Origin: an uncultured Oscillibacter sp.
GTDB lineage: Bacteria > Bacillota > Clostridia > Oscillospirales > Oscillospiraceae
Direction of reading: 5' to 3'
Assembly (NCBI GenBank): GCA_947245315.1
Contig: CAMXNV010000001.1
Location: forward strand, 1-36,559
DNA: 36,559 nt
Program-made: the position numbers and the translations under genes
The notes under the pieces: generated by a model
The model's database searches: none
Seen by the model: the letters and a program-made list of their open reading frames with translations, nothing else
What the model was told of the DNA's origin: nothing
Shown here: one piece after another, positions 24,132-33,291 of the stretch
How the letters are laid out: each line of letters opens with the position of its first letter
How positions within the stretch are numbered: position 1 is the stretch's first letter

Positions 24132-25322
24132 ATGGCCGATTTTAAGAACAGCGACACCGCCAGCTGGGACGCCGGGCAGGTCCGCCGGGAGCAGCCCGAG
24201 CACGGGACCCGTCCCCCCGCCCGTCCCCCCCAGCGGAAACGCCGCCGGAAAAGGCGGAGGATGAACCCCTTCCTGTTCATCCTCCTGCACCTGACCTTCG
24301 TGGCCCTGGCCTCGGCGCTGCTGGGCTGCGGGGGCTGGCTCCTGTTCAGCGACTTCTGCTCCTTCAACCGCTCCGCCCTGCCCAAGGCGGACGTGGTGGT
24401 GGAGGTCACCGCCGAGGACACGGTGGACACCATAGCCGACAAGCTGGCAGCGGGGGGCCTCATTGAGTACAAGTGGTTCTTCAAGCTCTACGCCGACGTA
24501 ACCGGCGCGGAGGAGGAAATCGGCATGGGGACCCACACCCTGAACACGGACATGGACTATCACGCCCTGGTGGCGGGGATGCGGAGCGTCGCCGGGAACC
24601 TCAACGAGGACACCGTCCGGGTCACCATCCCGGAGGGCTACACCGTGGCCCAGACCATCGCCCTGCTGGCCAAGAACGGCGTCAACTCCGAGGCGGCCCT
24701 GACGGAGGCGGCCCAGACCGCCCAGTTCGACTTCCCCTTCATCGACAACGAGTCCCAGGAGCTCAGCCGCCTGGAGGGCTACCTCTTCCCGGACACCTAC
24801 GACTTCTATGTGAACGAGAACCCGGCCAACGCCCTGACCCGGCTGATTAAAAACTTCAACAGCAAAATCGACGACGAGCTGCTGGCCGAGGCGGAAGCCC
24901 GGGGCTATGACCTCCACAAGGTCATCACCGTGGCCTCCCTCATCGAGCGGGAGACCTCCGGCGGCGACCAGGCCACCATCGCCTCCGTCATCTACAACCG
25001 GCTGGACGGCCCCGGCGACAAGGCGGGCACCAACGGCCTGCTCCAGGTGGACGCCTCCCTGCTCTACGGCCTGCCGGGCCACGAGGGGGCCATCACCCAG
25101 CAGGACCTGGAGGCGGACACGCCCTATAACCTCTACAAGTACAAGGGCCTGCCCCCCACCCCCATCGCCAACCCCGGCTGGGACGCCATCGAGGCGGCCC
25201 TCCAGCCCCAGGAGACCAACTACTATTACTACGCCCTGGGCAAGGACGGGGAGCACCACTTCTTCGAGACCTACCAGGCGCACCTGAACTTCGTGAACAG
25301 CAGTGAGTACTATGGGAACTAA
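24132..25322 (+). CDS. mltG: endolytic transglycosylase MltG (YceG family)
   Basis: Motifs VTIPEGYT, LEGYLFPDTY, ASLIERE, SVIYNRL, PYNLY and GLPPTPIANPG. Confidence 0.95.
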   Translation: MADFKNSDTASWDAGQVRREQPEHGTRPPARPPQRKRRRKRRRMNPFLFILLHLTFVALASALLGCGGWLLFSDFCSFNRSALPKADVVVEVTAEDTVDTIADKLAAGGLIEYKWFFKLYADVTGAEEEIGMGTHTLNTDMDYHALVAGMRSVAGNLNEDTVRVTIPEGYTVAQTIALLAKNGVNSEAALTEAAQTAQFDFPFIDNESQELSRLEGYLFPDTYDFYVNENPANALTRLIKNFNSKIDDELLAEAEARGYDLHKVITVASLIERETSGGDQATIASVIYNRLDGPGDKAGTNGLLQVDASLLYGLPGHEGAITQQDLEADTPYNLYKYKGLPPTPIANPGWDAIEAALQPQETNYYYYALGKDGEHHFFETYQAHLNFVNSSEYYGN

Positions 25323-26547
25323 GCCGGAGCTGCTGGCCCCGGCGGGGGACATGGAGCGCCTCCGCATGGCCGTGCTCTACGGGGCGGACGCCGTGTATCT
25401 GGCGGGCACGGACTTCGGCATGCGGGCCTTCGCGGGGAACTTCACCCCCGAAGACCTGGAGGAGGCCGTGGCCTTCGCCCACAGCCACGGCGTCCGGGTC
25501 CACTGCACCGTGAACACCATGCCCCGGAACGGGGAAATGGACCGCCTCCCCGCCCATCTGGAGCGGCTGGAGGCCGCCGGGGTGGACGCCGTCATCCTGG
25601 CGGACCTGGGGGCCTTCCGCCTGGCGGAGAAGTACGCCCCCCACGCGGCCCGCCACGTCTCCACCCAAGCCGGGGTCAGCAATTACGAGTGCGCCCGGGC
25701 CTGGCACGACCTGGGCGCCGCCCGGGTCATCCTGGCCCGGGAGCTGAGCCTGGAGGAGCTCCGCACCATCCGGGACAAGACGCCTCCCTCCCTGGAGCTG
25801 GAGGCCTTTGTCCACGGGGCCATGTGCGTCAGCTACTCCGGGCGCTGCCTCCTCAGCAACTACATGACGGGCCGGGACTCCAGCCGGGGGGCCTGCGCCC
25901 AGCCCTGCCGGTACAAGTACGCCCTGGTGGAGGAGAAGCGCCCCGGGGAGTTCTTCCCCATGGAGGAGGACGAGCAGGGGGCCTACATCCTCAACTCCCG
26001 GGACATGTGCATGATCGACCACCTGGAGGACCTCCGGTTCCTGGACAGCCTGAAAATCGAGGGCCGGGCCAAGTCCGCCTACTACGCCGCCGTGGTCACG
26101 GCGGCCTATCGCCACGGCCTGGACGCCGCGGCGGCGGGGGAGCCCCTGGACCCCGTCTGGCGGGACGAGGTGGAGCACGTCAGCCACCGGCCCTACTCCA
26201 CCGGCTTCTTCTACGGCCAGCCGGGCCAGTACTATGACGACGCCCGTTACATCCGCCAGTGGCAGGTGGCCGCCCTGGTGACGGACTGCGACGCCGGGGG
26301 GAACGCCACGCTGTCCCTGCGGAACAAGTTCCGGGCCGGGGACGAGGTGGAGCTGGTGGGCCCGGACGTCCGGCCCTTCCGGATGACCGTGCCGGAGATG
26401 ACGGACGGGGAGGGCCTCCCCCTCCTGGAACCCAAGACGCCCCAGAGCGTCTTCCATATGAAGCTGCCCCGGAGGGTGCCCCCCTGGACCATCCTCCGCC
26501 GGGCGGCGGACCTCTCGGCCAAGGGGCCGGGGGATGGGACCCCATAA
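25312..26547 (+). CDS. U32-family protein (TrhP-like, likely tRNA hydroxylation)
   Basis: Motifs PELLAPAG, HVSTQA, FVHGAMCVSYSGRCLLS, GACAQPCR and LKIEGR. Confidence 0.92.
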   Translation: MGTKPELLAPAGDMERLRMAVLYGADAVYLAGTDFGMRAFAGNFTPEDLEEAVAFAHSHGVRVHCTVNTMPRNGEMDRLPAHLERLEAAGVDAVILADLGAFRLAEKYAPHAARHVSTQAGVSNYECARAWHDLGAARVILARELSLEELRTIRDKTPPSLELEAFVHGAMCVSYSGRCLLSNYMTGRDSSRGACAQPCRYKYALVEEKRPGEFFPMEEDEQGAYILNSRDMCMIDHLEDLRFLDSLKIEGRAKSAYYAAVVTAAYRHGLDAAAAGEPLDPVWRDEVEHVSHRPYSTGFFYGQPGQYYDDARYIRQWQVAALVTDCDAGGNATLSLRNKFRAGDEVELVGPDVRPFRMTVPEMTDGEGLPLLEPKTPQSVFHMKLPRRVPPWTILRRAADLSAKGPGDGTP

Positions 26548-26568
26548 CATAGAAAAGGAGAAGCCGCT

Positions 26569-27966
26569 ATGAACGCAGACGTTGTGATCGTGGGCGCGGG
26601 CCCGGCCGGAATCTTCACGGCCCTGGAGATGCTGAAAAAGGGGAGCCGGCAGAAAATTATCATGGTGGAGAAGGGGCAGAGCATCGAGAACCGCCGCTGC
26701 CCCAAGCACCAGACCAACCGCTGCATGAACTGCAAGCCCTACTGCCACATTACCACCGGCTTCTCCGGCGCCGGGGCCTTCTCCGACGGGAAGCTGTCCC
26801 TGAGCTACGAGGTGGGCGGGGACCTGCCCACCCTCATCGGTCCGGACCTGGCCCAGGAGACCATCCAGTACGCCGACAAAATCTACCTGGATTTCGGCGC
26901 GGATACCCACATCGAAGGGCTGGAATACCCGGAGGAGCGGAAGGAAATCCGCAAGCGGGCCATCCAGGCGGGCCTCAAGCTGGTGGACTGCCCCATCCGC
27001 CACATGGGCACGGAGAAGGCCCATGACATCTACTTAGGCATCGAGCGCTATTTGCAGGACCAGGGGGTGGAGATACTCTTCAGCCACGAGTGCAAGAACC
27101 TGATCCTGGAGAACGACGTCTGCAAGGGCGTGACGGTCTCCGACCGGCGTCAGGACTTTGAGATTCACGCCCGGCACACCGTGGTGGCCACGGGCCGCCG
27201 GGGGGCGGACTGGCTGGAGAAGCTCTGCGCCGAGCACCACATCGCCCACGCCCCGGGCACCGTGGACATCGGCGTCCGGGTGGAGGTCCGGAACGAGGTC
27301 ATGGAGCTGGTGAACCGGGTGCTCTACGAGTCCAAGCTGGTGGGCTGGCCCAAGCCCTTCAAGAATAAGGTGCGGACCTTCTGCCAGAATCCCGGGGGCT
27401 TCGTCAGCCAAGAAAATTACGACAATGACCTGGCGGTGGTCAACGGGCACTCCTATAAGGAATTCAAAAGTGACAATACAAATGTGTCCATTCTCTGCTC
27501 CCACAATTTCAGCGTGCCCTTCAACCAGCCCATCGCCTACGCCCAGAAGGTGGGCGAGCTGACCAACATGCTGGCCAACGGCCAGATTCTGGTTCAGCGC
27601 TTCGGGGACATCCTGGACGGCAAGCGGACCTGGCAGAAGGAGCTGGACCAGTCCAACATCCGGCCCACCCTGCCGGACGTGGTGGCGGGGGACATCACCG
27701 CTGCCATGCCCTACCGGGCCATGGTGAACATCATCAACTTCATCCAGGCCATGGACTACGTGGTCCCCGGCTTCGCCTCGGTGGAGACCCTGCTGTACTC
27801 CCCGGAGCTGAAGTTCTACTCCAACCGGGTGAAGATGGACACGGATTTCAACACCAGCCTCCAGGGGCTCCACTGCCTGGGGGACTCCTCCGGCTGGACC
27901 AGGGGCCTGATGATGTCCTCCGCCATGGGCGTGCTTATGGGAAGGAAGCTGGCCTCCTTTTCTTGA
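26569..27966 (+). CDS. FAD-dependent oxidoreductase
   Basis: Motifs VIVGAGPAG, GAGAFSDGKL, ATGRRG, VRTFCQNPGG and GDSSGWTRGL; N-terminal Cys cluster RCP...CMNCKPYC. Confidence 0.9.
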   Translation: MNADVVIVGAGPAGIFTALEMLKKGSRQKIIMVEKGQSIENRRCPKHQTNRCMNCKPYCHITTGFSGAGAFSDGKLSLSYEVGGDLPTLIGPDLAQETIQYADKIYLDFGADTHIEGLEYPEERKEIRKRAIQAGLKLVDCPIRHMGTEKAHDIYLGIERYLQDQGVEILFSHECKNLILENDVCKGVTVSDRRQDFEIHARHTVVATGRRGADWLEKLCAEHHIAHAPGTVDIGVRVEVRNEVMELVNRVLYESKLVGWPKPFKNKVRTFCQNPGGFVSQENYDNDLAVVNGHSYKEFKSDNTNVSILCSHNFSVPFNQPIAYAQKVGELTNMLANGQILVQRFGDILDGKRTWQKELDQSNIRPTLPDVVAGDITAAMPYRAMVNIINFIQAMDYVVPGFASVETLLYSPELKFYSNRVKMDTDFNTSLQGLHCLGDSSGWTRGLMMSSAMGVLMGRKLASFS

Positions 27967-28038
27967 AAGATTTGAAGGGCTTATTTTGACCAATGAAACA
28001 TCAGGGCCGCAGGTTCCCGAGACTGCAAGGAGGGACAA

Positions 28039-28551
28039 ATGGGCGTTCTGCTGCTGGTTCCCTTTTTTCTGCTCCGCTTCGGGCTCATGGCCCTTCTGGA
28101 CTCCGGCGCTCTGCCCAGGGCCGCGCACTTCGCCCCTCTGCGGGGAAGGGAACGGGCGGCCTACTGGGTCTATCAGTTCTCCACGGCGGCTCTGATTCTG
28201 GGGCTGTGCTTCGCGAGAATAAGAGCCTCCCGGCTTCTGCCCGCCGGAGCCGTGTGCTATGGGCTGGGGCTCTTGCTGCTGGCCGGTTCCGTGGCGGGCT
28301 TCTGCGCCCCGGCGGAGGACGGCCTCCGGCAAAGCGGGCTCTACCGGGTCTCCCGAAATCCCATGTACCTGGCCTACTTCGTCTTCTTCGTCGGGTGCGT
28401 CCTGCTGTCGGCCTCCTGGCCCCTGGCGGCGGCGCTGGCTTGTTTCCAGGTCTCGGCCCACTGGATCGTCCTGGCCGAGGAACGCTGGTGCCTGGAGCGC
28501 TTTGGGGAGGACTACCGGCAGTACATGGGGCGGGTGCGGCGTTATATTTGA
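28039..28551 (+). CDS. ICMT/PEMT-like membrane methyltransferase family protein
   Basis: Motifs GLYRVSRNPMY, EERWCLERFGEDY and VRRY; RBS AAGGAGG. Confidence 0.9.
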   Translation: MGVLLLVPFFLLRFGLMALLDSGALPRAAHFAPLRGRERAAYWVYQFSTAALILGLCFARIRASRLLPAGAVCYGLGLLLLAGSVAGFCAPAEDGLRQSGLYRVSRNPMYLAYFVFFVGCVLLSASWPLAAALACFQVSAHWIVLAEERWCLERFGEDYRQYMGRVRRYI

Positions 28552-28553
28552 AT

Positions 28554-28585
28554 AAAAAACAGGGCTGTCAAGGCCCTGTTTTTTC
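28554..28585. terminator. bidirectional terminator
   Basis: AAAAAACAGGGC-TGTCAAG-GCCCTGTTTTTT between convergent genes. Confidence 0.88.
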
Positions 28586-28594
28586 TGTCCAATC

Positions 28595-29674
28595 TTATTC
28601 TTCCTCGCGCGGCTGATACTCCGGCGGAACGAGGGAGCTTCCCTCCATCCAGCCTTCCGGGCTGCCCTCCGGCAGGTCGGTGTTGCCCTCCGTGCCCACG
28701 ACGGAGGCCTTGGGAAGTACCCGGACAAGGCACTCCGCCGTCTGGTCCTTCCAGGAGGCGGTGATGACGGCCTCGCCCTCGCCCTCAATGAACACGGTTC
28801 CCGTGTTGGCCACCCGGGCCACGCTGGGGTCGGAGGAGGTCCACTCCACCTCCGCGAAGGGGGCCCCGTAGGCCTCCAGCAGGAAGTGGCCGGTGTCGCC
28901 CGCCGTCGCGTGGATTTCGTTAGTGTTCAGGCTGAAGATTCCCGGAATTTCCTGGGCCTCCATATAGGAGGGGGGAGCTGTGACGTTTAGCGTCTCCGTG
29001 ACCCGAATGTTCCCGCCGCATTCCAGCACAACCTCCAGATGCCCCATAAGGCTCTCCGGAATGTCCCAGGCGAAGAGGGCGAAGTCCCGGCCCTCCCCCG
29101 CCGCCTGGACGGCGATCTGTTCCCGCTGGTCCAGGGTCTCCGTCCCCGTGGGCGTCAGGAACAGGGAGACGGCGTTGACGTAGTTCTCGGGGCTGTCCTC
29201 AAACGTCACCAGCACCAGCACCCGCTCCCCGGCGGTGAAGCTGTTCCACCCGTCCCCCAGGTCCGTCTGGAGAGGCGCGGCATTTTCATCATAGAAATAC
29301 ACACCGGTGACATAGGGCTCCGAGGGCCGGGGCACATCCGTGTGGGTGTCCGCTCTGAGGGCGGTGAACAGGCCCGCTGAGAGCAGGGCCGACAGGACCA
29401 GCACCCCCAGGACCAGGAGCACAATTCGCTTCCAGTTCCAGAAGGGCGGCTTAGGCGGGGCCTCGGGGCCCGCATCCTGCGGGACCGCCTCCGGCGCGGG
29501 GAAGCTGACCCCCAGCACCTCCTCCAATAATTGCAGATTCTCCGGGCTGGGCACCGAGGCCCCCAGCTCCCACTTGCTGACGGCCTGGCGGCTGACCTCC
29601 AGCTTTTCGGCCAGGTCCTCCTGGGTCAGGCCCAGGTCCTCCCGGGCCTGTTTGATGATGTCCGCGATTGTCAT
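28595..29674 (-). CDS. membrane-anchored XRE regulator with an extracellular region ending in a Big_2 (Ig-like) domain
   Basis: GLTQEDLAEKLEVSRQAVSKWELG; TM segment IVLLVLGVLVLSALLSAGLF; Big_2 motif VEWTSSDPSVARV...GEGEAVITA; RBS GGGAGG. Confidence 0.88.
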   Translation of the reverse strand: MTIADIIKQAREDLGLTQEDLAEKLEVSRQAVSKWELGASVPSPENLQLLEEVLGVSFPAPEAVPQDAGPEAPPKPPFWNWKRIVLLVLGVLVLSALLSAGLFTALRADTHTDVPRPSEPYVTGVYFYDENAAPLQTDLGDGWNSFTAGERVLVLVTFEDSPENYVNAVSLFLTPTGTETLDQREQIAVQAAGEGRDFALFAWDIPESLMGHLEVVLECGGNIRVTETLNVTAPPSYMEAQEIPGIFSLNTNEIHATAGDTGHFLLEAYGAPFAEVEWTSSDPSVARVANTGTVFIEGEGEAVITASWKDQTAECLVRVLPKASVVGTEGNTDLPEGSPEGWMEGSSLVPPEYQPREEE

Positions 29675-29728
29675 TTGTATAACCTCCCTGAAAGAGTTGA
29701 AACATGTCTCATGGGGGTTAGTATAGCA

Positions 29729-29779
29729 GGTTGCGGCAGTTGCGTCCACCAACCGGCGGCGCAACCGGGGCGGTTGCGC
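29729..29779. promoter_or_regulatory. candidate XRE operator array
   Basis: Palindrome GCGCAACCG-GGG-CGGTTGCGC (29759-29779), plus further GCAAC/GTTGC half-sites overlapping the minus-strand promoter with TGcTATACT. Confidence 0.55.
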
Positions 29780-29863
29780 GAAAAAAATCCCCCGGCGCTG
29801 CCAGATCGAGGGCCCTTCGTTCGTTTTATTAGCAGAACGGGCCGTTCAAAAGGAGATGATACT

Positions 29864-30376
29864 ACGGAACGAATCACCTATACCCGCCAAGAGGCGGAGG
29901 TGCTGGTAGAGCGCTGGTCGGACGCCGTCCTCCGGGTGGCCTACACCTGGACGGGCAGCCTCCAGGACGCGCAGGACGTGTGCCAGACGGTGCTTTTAAA
30001 GCTGCTGACCCAGCCGGAGCGCTTCCCGGATGCCGACCGGGAGCGGTTCTGGGTGCTGCGGGTCACCGTCAACTGCTGCAAGGACCTGAAAAAGTCCGCC
30101 TGGGCCCGGCGGCGGGTCTCCCTGGACGAGGCGGCGGAGGCCGCCGTCACCATGCCTGACCCCGGCGAGAGCCCCGTCCTGGAGGCGGTCATGGCCCTGC
30201 CGGAGAAGTACCGGCGGGCGGTGTACCTCCGCTATTACGAGGAGTACGGCGTGGGCGAGATCGCCGCCCTGATGGGCTGCCGGACCACCCAGGTCAGCAC
30301 CTACCTCTACCGGGGCAAGGCGAAGCTGAGAACCATGTTAGGAGGAATCTATGGACAAGAATGCTTTTCGGACTGA
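29864..30376 (+). CDS. ECF RNA polymerase sigma factor (start uncertain: ACG 29864 or GTG 29900)
   Basis: Region 2 DAQDVCQTVLLKL...WVLRVTVNCCKD; region 4 LPEKYRRAVYLRYYEEY...IAALMG...LYRGKAKL. Confidence 0.9.
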   Translation, partial: TERITYTRQEAEVLVERWSDAVLRVAYTWTGSLQDAQDVCQTVLLKLLTQPERFPDADRERFWVLRVTVNCCKDLKKSAWARRRVSLDEAAEAAVTMPDPGESPVLEAVMALPEKYRRAVYLRYYEEYGVGEIAALMGCRTTQVSTYLYRGKAKLRTMLGGIYGQECFSD

Positions 30377-31346
30377 ACTGGACCAAGTGCGCTTCACCCC
30401 GGCGGGCCGGGAGGCCCTGACGGAAGCCCTGATGAGCGGGGAACGCGCGCCCGCCCGCCGTCCCGGGAGCTGGGCCAGGCTGGGCCTGGCGGCGGCTCTG
30501 GCGGCGGTGGTGCTGGCGGGCTCCGCCCTGGCGGCGGGGACCCTGTGGGACCGCTATTTCGGACGCCTGGACGAGGGCCAGCAAGAGGTCATCGAGACCC
30601 TGAGCCGGGATCTCCCGGCGGCGGAGTCCAACGGGACCGTCATGACGCCCCTGGCGGCCTTCGGAGACCAGGACTTCTATTATTTGATGCTGGAAATCCG
30701 GGCCCCGGAGGGCACGGTCCTGCCGGACTACGGCGAGGACGAGGGCTTTTACCAGCTCTTCGGCGACACATTGGAGGAGGATATCACCCTGACGGACGCC
30801 GGAGGACAGGATGTTCTCTGTACTTTGGACTACGACTGGATCAACGACGATCCCTCGGACAATGTTCTCACGGCGGTGATCCGCCTCTGGTCCATGGAGG
30901 ACGCGGACCTCTGCGACGGGACGGAGAAGGTGCTCCACATCCCCGGCCTCTGGGTTCAGAGTCCGGACAAGATTTACACCCCCGTGCTCACCGGCGGCTG
31001 GGACTTCAACATCGGGACCCATTCCGGCGGCATGGAGAGCCGGGAGATCGATGTGGCCGGGGTGACGGTGGAGGACGCGGACTGCGGGACCATGACCATG
31101 GAGTACCTGCGGCTGTCCCCCCTGGGCATGCGAATCCGCCACAGCTGGTCGGAACCGAAAGAGGGCATATATCCCGGCGCGAGCCTCTCCGTGGTGATGG
31201 AGGACGGCAGCGAGGTATTCCTGGAGAACAGCGTCGGCTCCTGCGGCGAGAACTGGAATGAGGAATACGGCCCCTTCGAGGTCCCCATCGACCTGGACAA
31301 AGCCGTGGCTGTCCGCTGGGGCTCTGCGGAGATTCCCCTCACCTGA
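30351..31346 (+). CDS. putative anti-sigma factor (DUF4179-like, single TM, acidic extracellular domain)
   Basis: Overlaps the sigma gene end; RBS AGGAGG; TM segment LGLAAALAAVVLAGSALAA; LRLSPLG motif. Confidence 0.75.
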   Translation: MDKNAFRTELDQVRFTPAGREALTEALMSGERAPARRPGSWARLGLAAALAAVVLAGSALAAGTLWDRYFGRLDEGQQEVIETLSRDLPAAESNGTVMTPLAAFGDQDFYYLMLEIRAPEGTVLPDYGEDEGFYQLFGDTLEEDITLTDAGGQDVLCTLDYDWINDDPSDNVLTAVIRLWSMEDADLCDGTEKVLHIPGLWVQSPDKIYTPVLTGGWDFNIGTHSGGMESREIDVAGVTVEDADCGTMTMEYLRLSPLGMRIRHSWSEPKEGIYPGASLSVVMEDGSEVFLENSVGSCGENWNEEYGPFEVPIDLDKAVAVRWGSAEIPLT

Positions 31347-31354
31347 ACAAACGC

Positions 31355-31386
31355 AAAAAAGAGGCACGGCGTTCCGCCGTGCCTCT
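31355..31386 (-). terminator. terminator hairpin between convergent genes
   Basis: AAAAAA-GAGGCACGGCG-TTC-CGCCGTGCCTC. Confidence 0.85.
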
Positions 31387-31401
31387 CAGCTTGTCCTAAG
31401 T

Positions 31402-32313
31402 TCAGATATGAATGCCGCCCACAAAGTATGTATTGTAATAGCCGTCGGTCAGGTCGGAGTAGATCACGCCGCCGCTCCGGGAGGAGGAGGAGTGGATCAT
31501 CTGGCCGCCGCCGATGTAGATACCCGCGTGGGAGCAGGCCTTGCCCGCGTTGCGCTTGGGATCGTTGAAGAAGACCAGGTCGCCGGGCTGGAGCTCGCCC
31601 AGGCTGTACACCCGGGTGCCCAGGCCGCTCTGCCACTGGCCGGTGGCCGTGTGGGGCAGGGAGACGCCGAACTGCTTGTATACATACATGGTGAAGCCGG
31701 AGCAGTCAAAGCCGCCGGGGGCCGCGCCGCCGTAGCTGTACCGGGTGCCCAGGAACTGCCGGGCGAAGTCCACGATGCTGCTGTCGCCCACGCTGGCGCC
31801 GGGGGTCAGGGGGGTCTCGTTGGTCAGGCTGATGTAGTCGCTCCGGACGTAGCCCTCGCCGTATGTACCCGCGATGTGATACCAGCCGTTTTCGATGCCG
31901 GTGACCGTGACTCCGGAGTTCAGGCCCAGGTTGTTCACGATTTCGCTTTCGATATCGGCCTCCGCCCGGACGTTGACGCCCCGGGCGTTGATCCGGCCGT
32001 AGTACTCAAACTCGGTTTCCTCGCTCATGGTGAAGAAGTCCGCGGAGACGTAGCCGTCTTTTCCATTGTGGGCCACGTGATACCAGCCGTCGGTCTCGCC
32101 CAGGACGGCGATGGTCCAGTCCTTGTCCAGCATGGTGATGACGGAGGCGTCCAGCGAGGCCTCGGACCGGAGGCGGAGGGAGGAGCCGGTGGTCTTGCCG
32201 ATGCCCACCACCAGGGGGTCCCCGTCGGCGGCGAAGGCCGTCAGGGTCAGGCACAGCATGGTCAGCAGCGTGAGAGCCAGCAGCTTGGCGGCTTTTCCTG
32301 CAAGTCGGTTCAT
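31402..32313 (-). CDS. secreted NlpC/P60 (C40) peptidoglycan endopeptidase with two SH3b domains
   Basis: Signal peptide; SH3b motifs GWYHV...GYVSAD and GWYHI...GYVRSD; YSYGG, FDCSGF, PGDLVFF, SHAGIYIG and MIHSS. Confidence 0.95.
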   Translation of the reverse strand: MNRLAGKAAKLLALTLLTMLCLTLTAFAADGDPLVVGIGKTTGSSLRLRSEASLDASVITMLDKDWTIAVLGETDGWYHVAHNGKDGYVSADFFTMSEETEFEYYGRINARGVNVRAEADIESEIVNNLGLNSGVTVTGIENGWYHIAGTYGEGYVRSDYISLTNETPLTPGASVGDSSIVDFARQFLGTRYSYGGAAPGGFDCSGFTMYVYKQFGVSLPHTATGQWQSGLGTRVYSLGELQPGDLVFFNDPKRNAGKACSHAGIYIGGGQMIHSSSSRSGGVIYSDLTDGYYNTYFVGGIHI

Positions 32314-32353
32314 AGAGTCGGTTTCCTTTCTCGTTGTCTTTTGTAAAAGGGCC

Positions 32354-32662
32354 TTATTTCTCTTTCCCTGCCAGGGCCCGGTTGAGCCAGACGGTGGCGA
32401 TATCCATCGCCGCGTACAGGCTGTCCTTCTCGCTCTTTTTCACAACCCGGTCCCGGGACTTGAGGTCCGGGTCCGTCAGCTGGAGCTGGATGGACACCTT
32501 GGAGGCCAGCTCCAGGTCCTGCTCCTTCTTGGTTTCCAGCACCTGCATCATGATGATATATTTTTCAGCCATCGTGCCGTAGTAGATCAGGTTCCCTGCC
32601 CGGCGAAGCGGATGGCCCTTATAGACGAGGCCTTCGGTTTTGCTGTTCTTGTTTCCAGCCAT
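32354..32662 (-). CDS. hypothetical protein (102 aa)
   Basis: RBS AAGGAGG and ordinary globular composition (LVYKGHPLRR...IYYG...YIIMMQVL); has its own promoter. Confidence 0.8.
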   Translation of the reverse strand: MAGNKNSKTEGLVYKGHPLRRAGNLIYYGTMAEKYIIMMQVLETKKEQDLELASKVSIQLQLTDPDLKSRDRVVKKSEKDSLYAAMDIATVWLNRALAGKEK

Positions 32663-32683
32663 AAAAACCTCCTTGAAAAATTT

Positions 32684-32721
32684 TGTAACCAAATTGTAAC
32701 ATCTTTTTCCCGTTTTGTCAA
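32684..32721 (-). promoter_or_regulatory. sigma-A promoter overlapped by a WalR-type direct repeat
   Basis: Minus strand TTGACA, 17 nt, TACAAT with a TG extension. TGTAAC-N5-TGTAAC at 32684-32700. Confidence 0.7.
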
Positions 32722-32881
32722 CATTGTTCTCTGAGCGATTTGACGAAAATAAGAGCGGATAATAGGGCACAACTGACAAAAAACGCAAAATCCCGCGGGA
32801 AACGGCCGCTGCCCTCCAGGGGGCCAGGCCGCTCTCCGCGGGATGGCTGTCGAAAATGGTGACAAATTGTTACTCTTTTTG

Positions 32882-33127
32882 TTACTGACCCAAATACCGG
32901 CGAACCAGAACCTGGAGCAGCTCGTCCCGGTCGATCTTGCGGATCAGGGTCCGGGCGTTGTTGTGATTGGTGATATAGGTGGGGTCCTCGGACAGGATAT
33001 AGCCCACGATTTGATTGATGGGATTATAGCCCTTCTCCTCCAGGGATTTGTAGACCGAGGAGAGAATCTGATGAATTTCCTCATCCTTTTCCAGGGCGAG
33101 ACTGAATTTTCTGGTGAAATCGTCCAT
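32882..33127 (-). CDS. ireB: IreB/ReoM-family regulatory phosphoprotein (DUF965)
   Basis: Motifs [25 protein letters not shown] and [14 protein letters not shown]; N-terminal Thr (DDFTRKF). Upstream TTTACA-17-TATACT promoter. Confidence 0.95.
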   Translation of the reverse strand: MDDFTRKFSLALEKDEEIHQILSSVYKSLEEKGYNPINQIVGYILSEDPTYITNHNNARTLIRKIDRDELLQVLVRRYLGQ

Positions 33128-33291
33128 AGGTACACCACCTTCCTTTCCAAATCAACTCTAGTATACTCGATTTTTGGCGGACTGTAAAGGGTTTCGGGCG
33201 GAATTTTACGAAAGATTTTTACTCGGGCCCGGAAAACCGCCTGTTCCGGGGCCTCCGGGGGCCCCGGAGGGCCCCCGGCTTCCCGGGTAAA

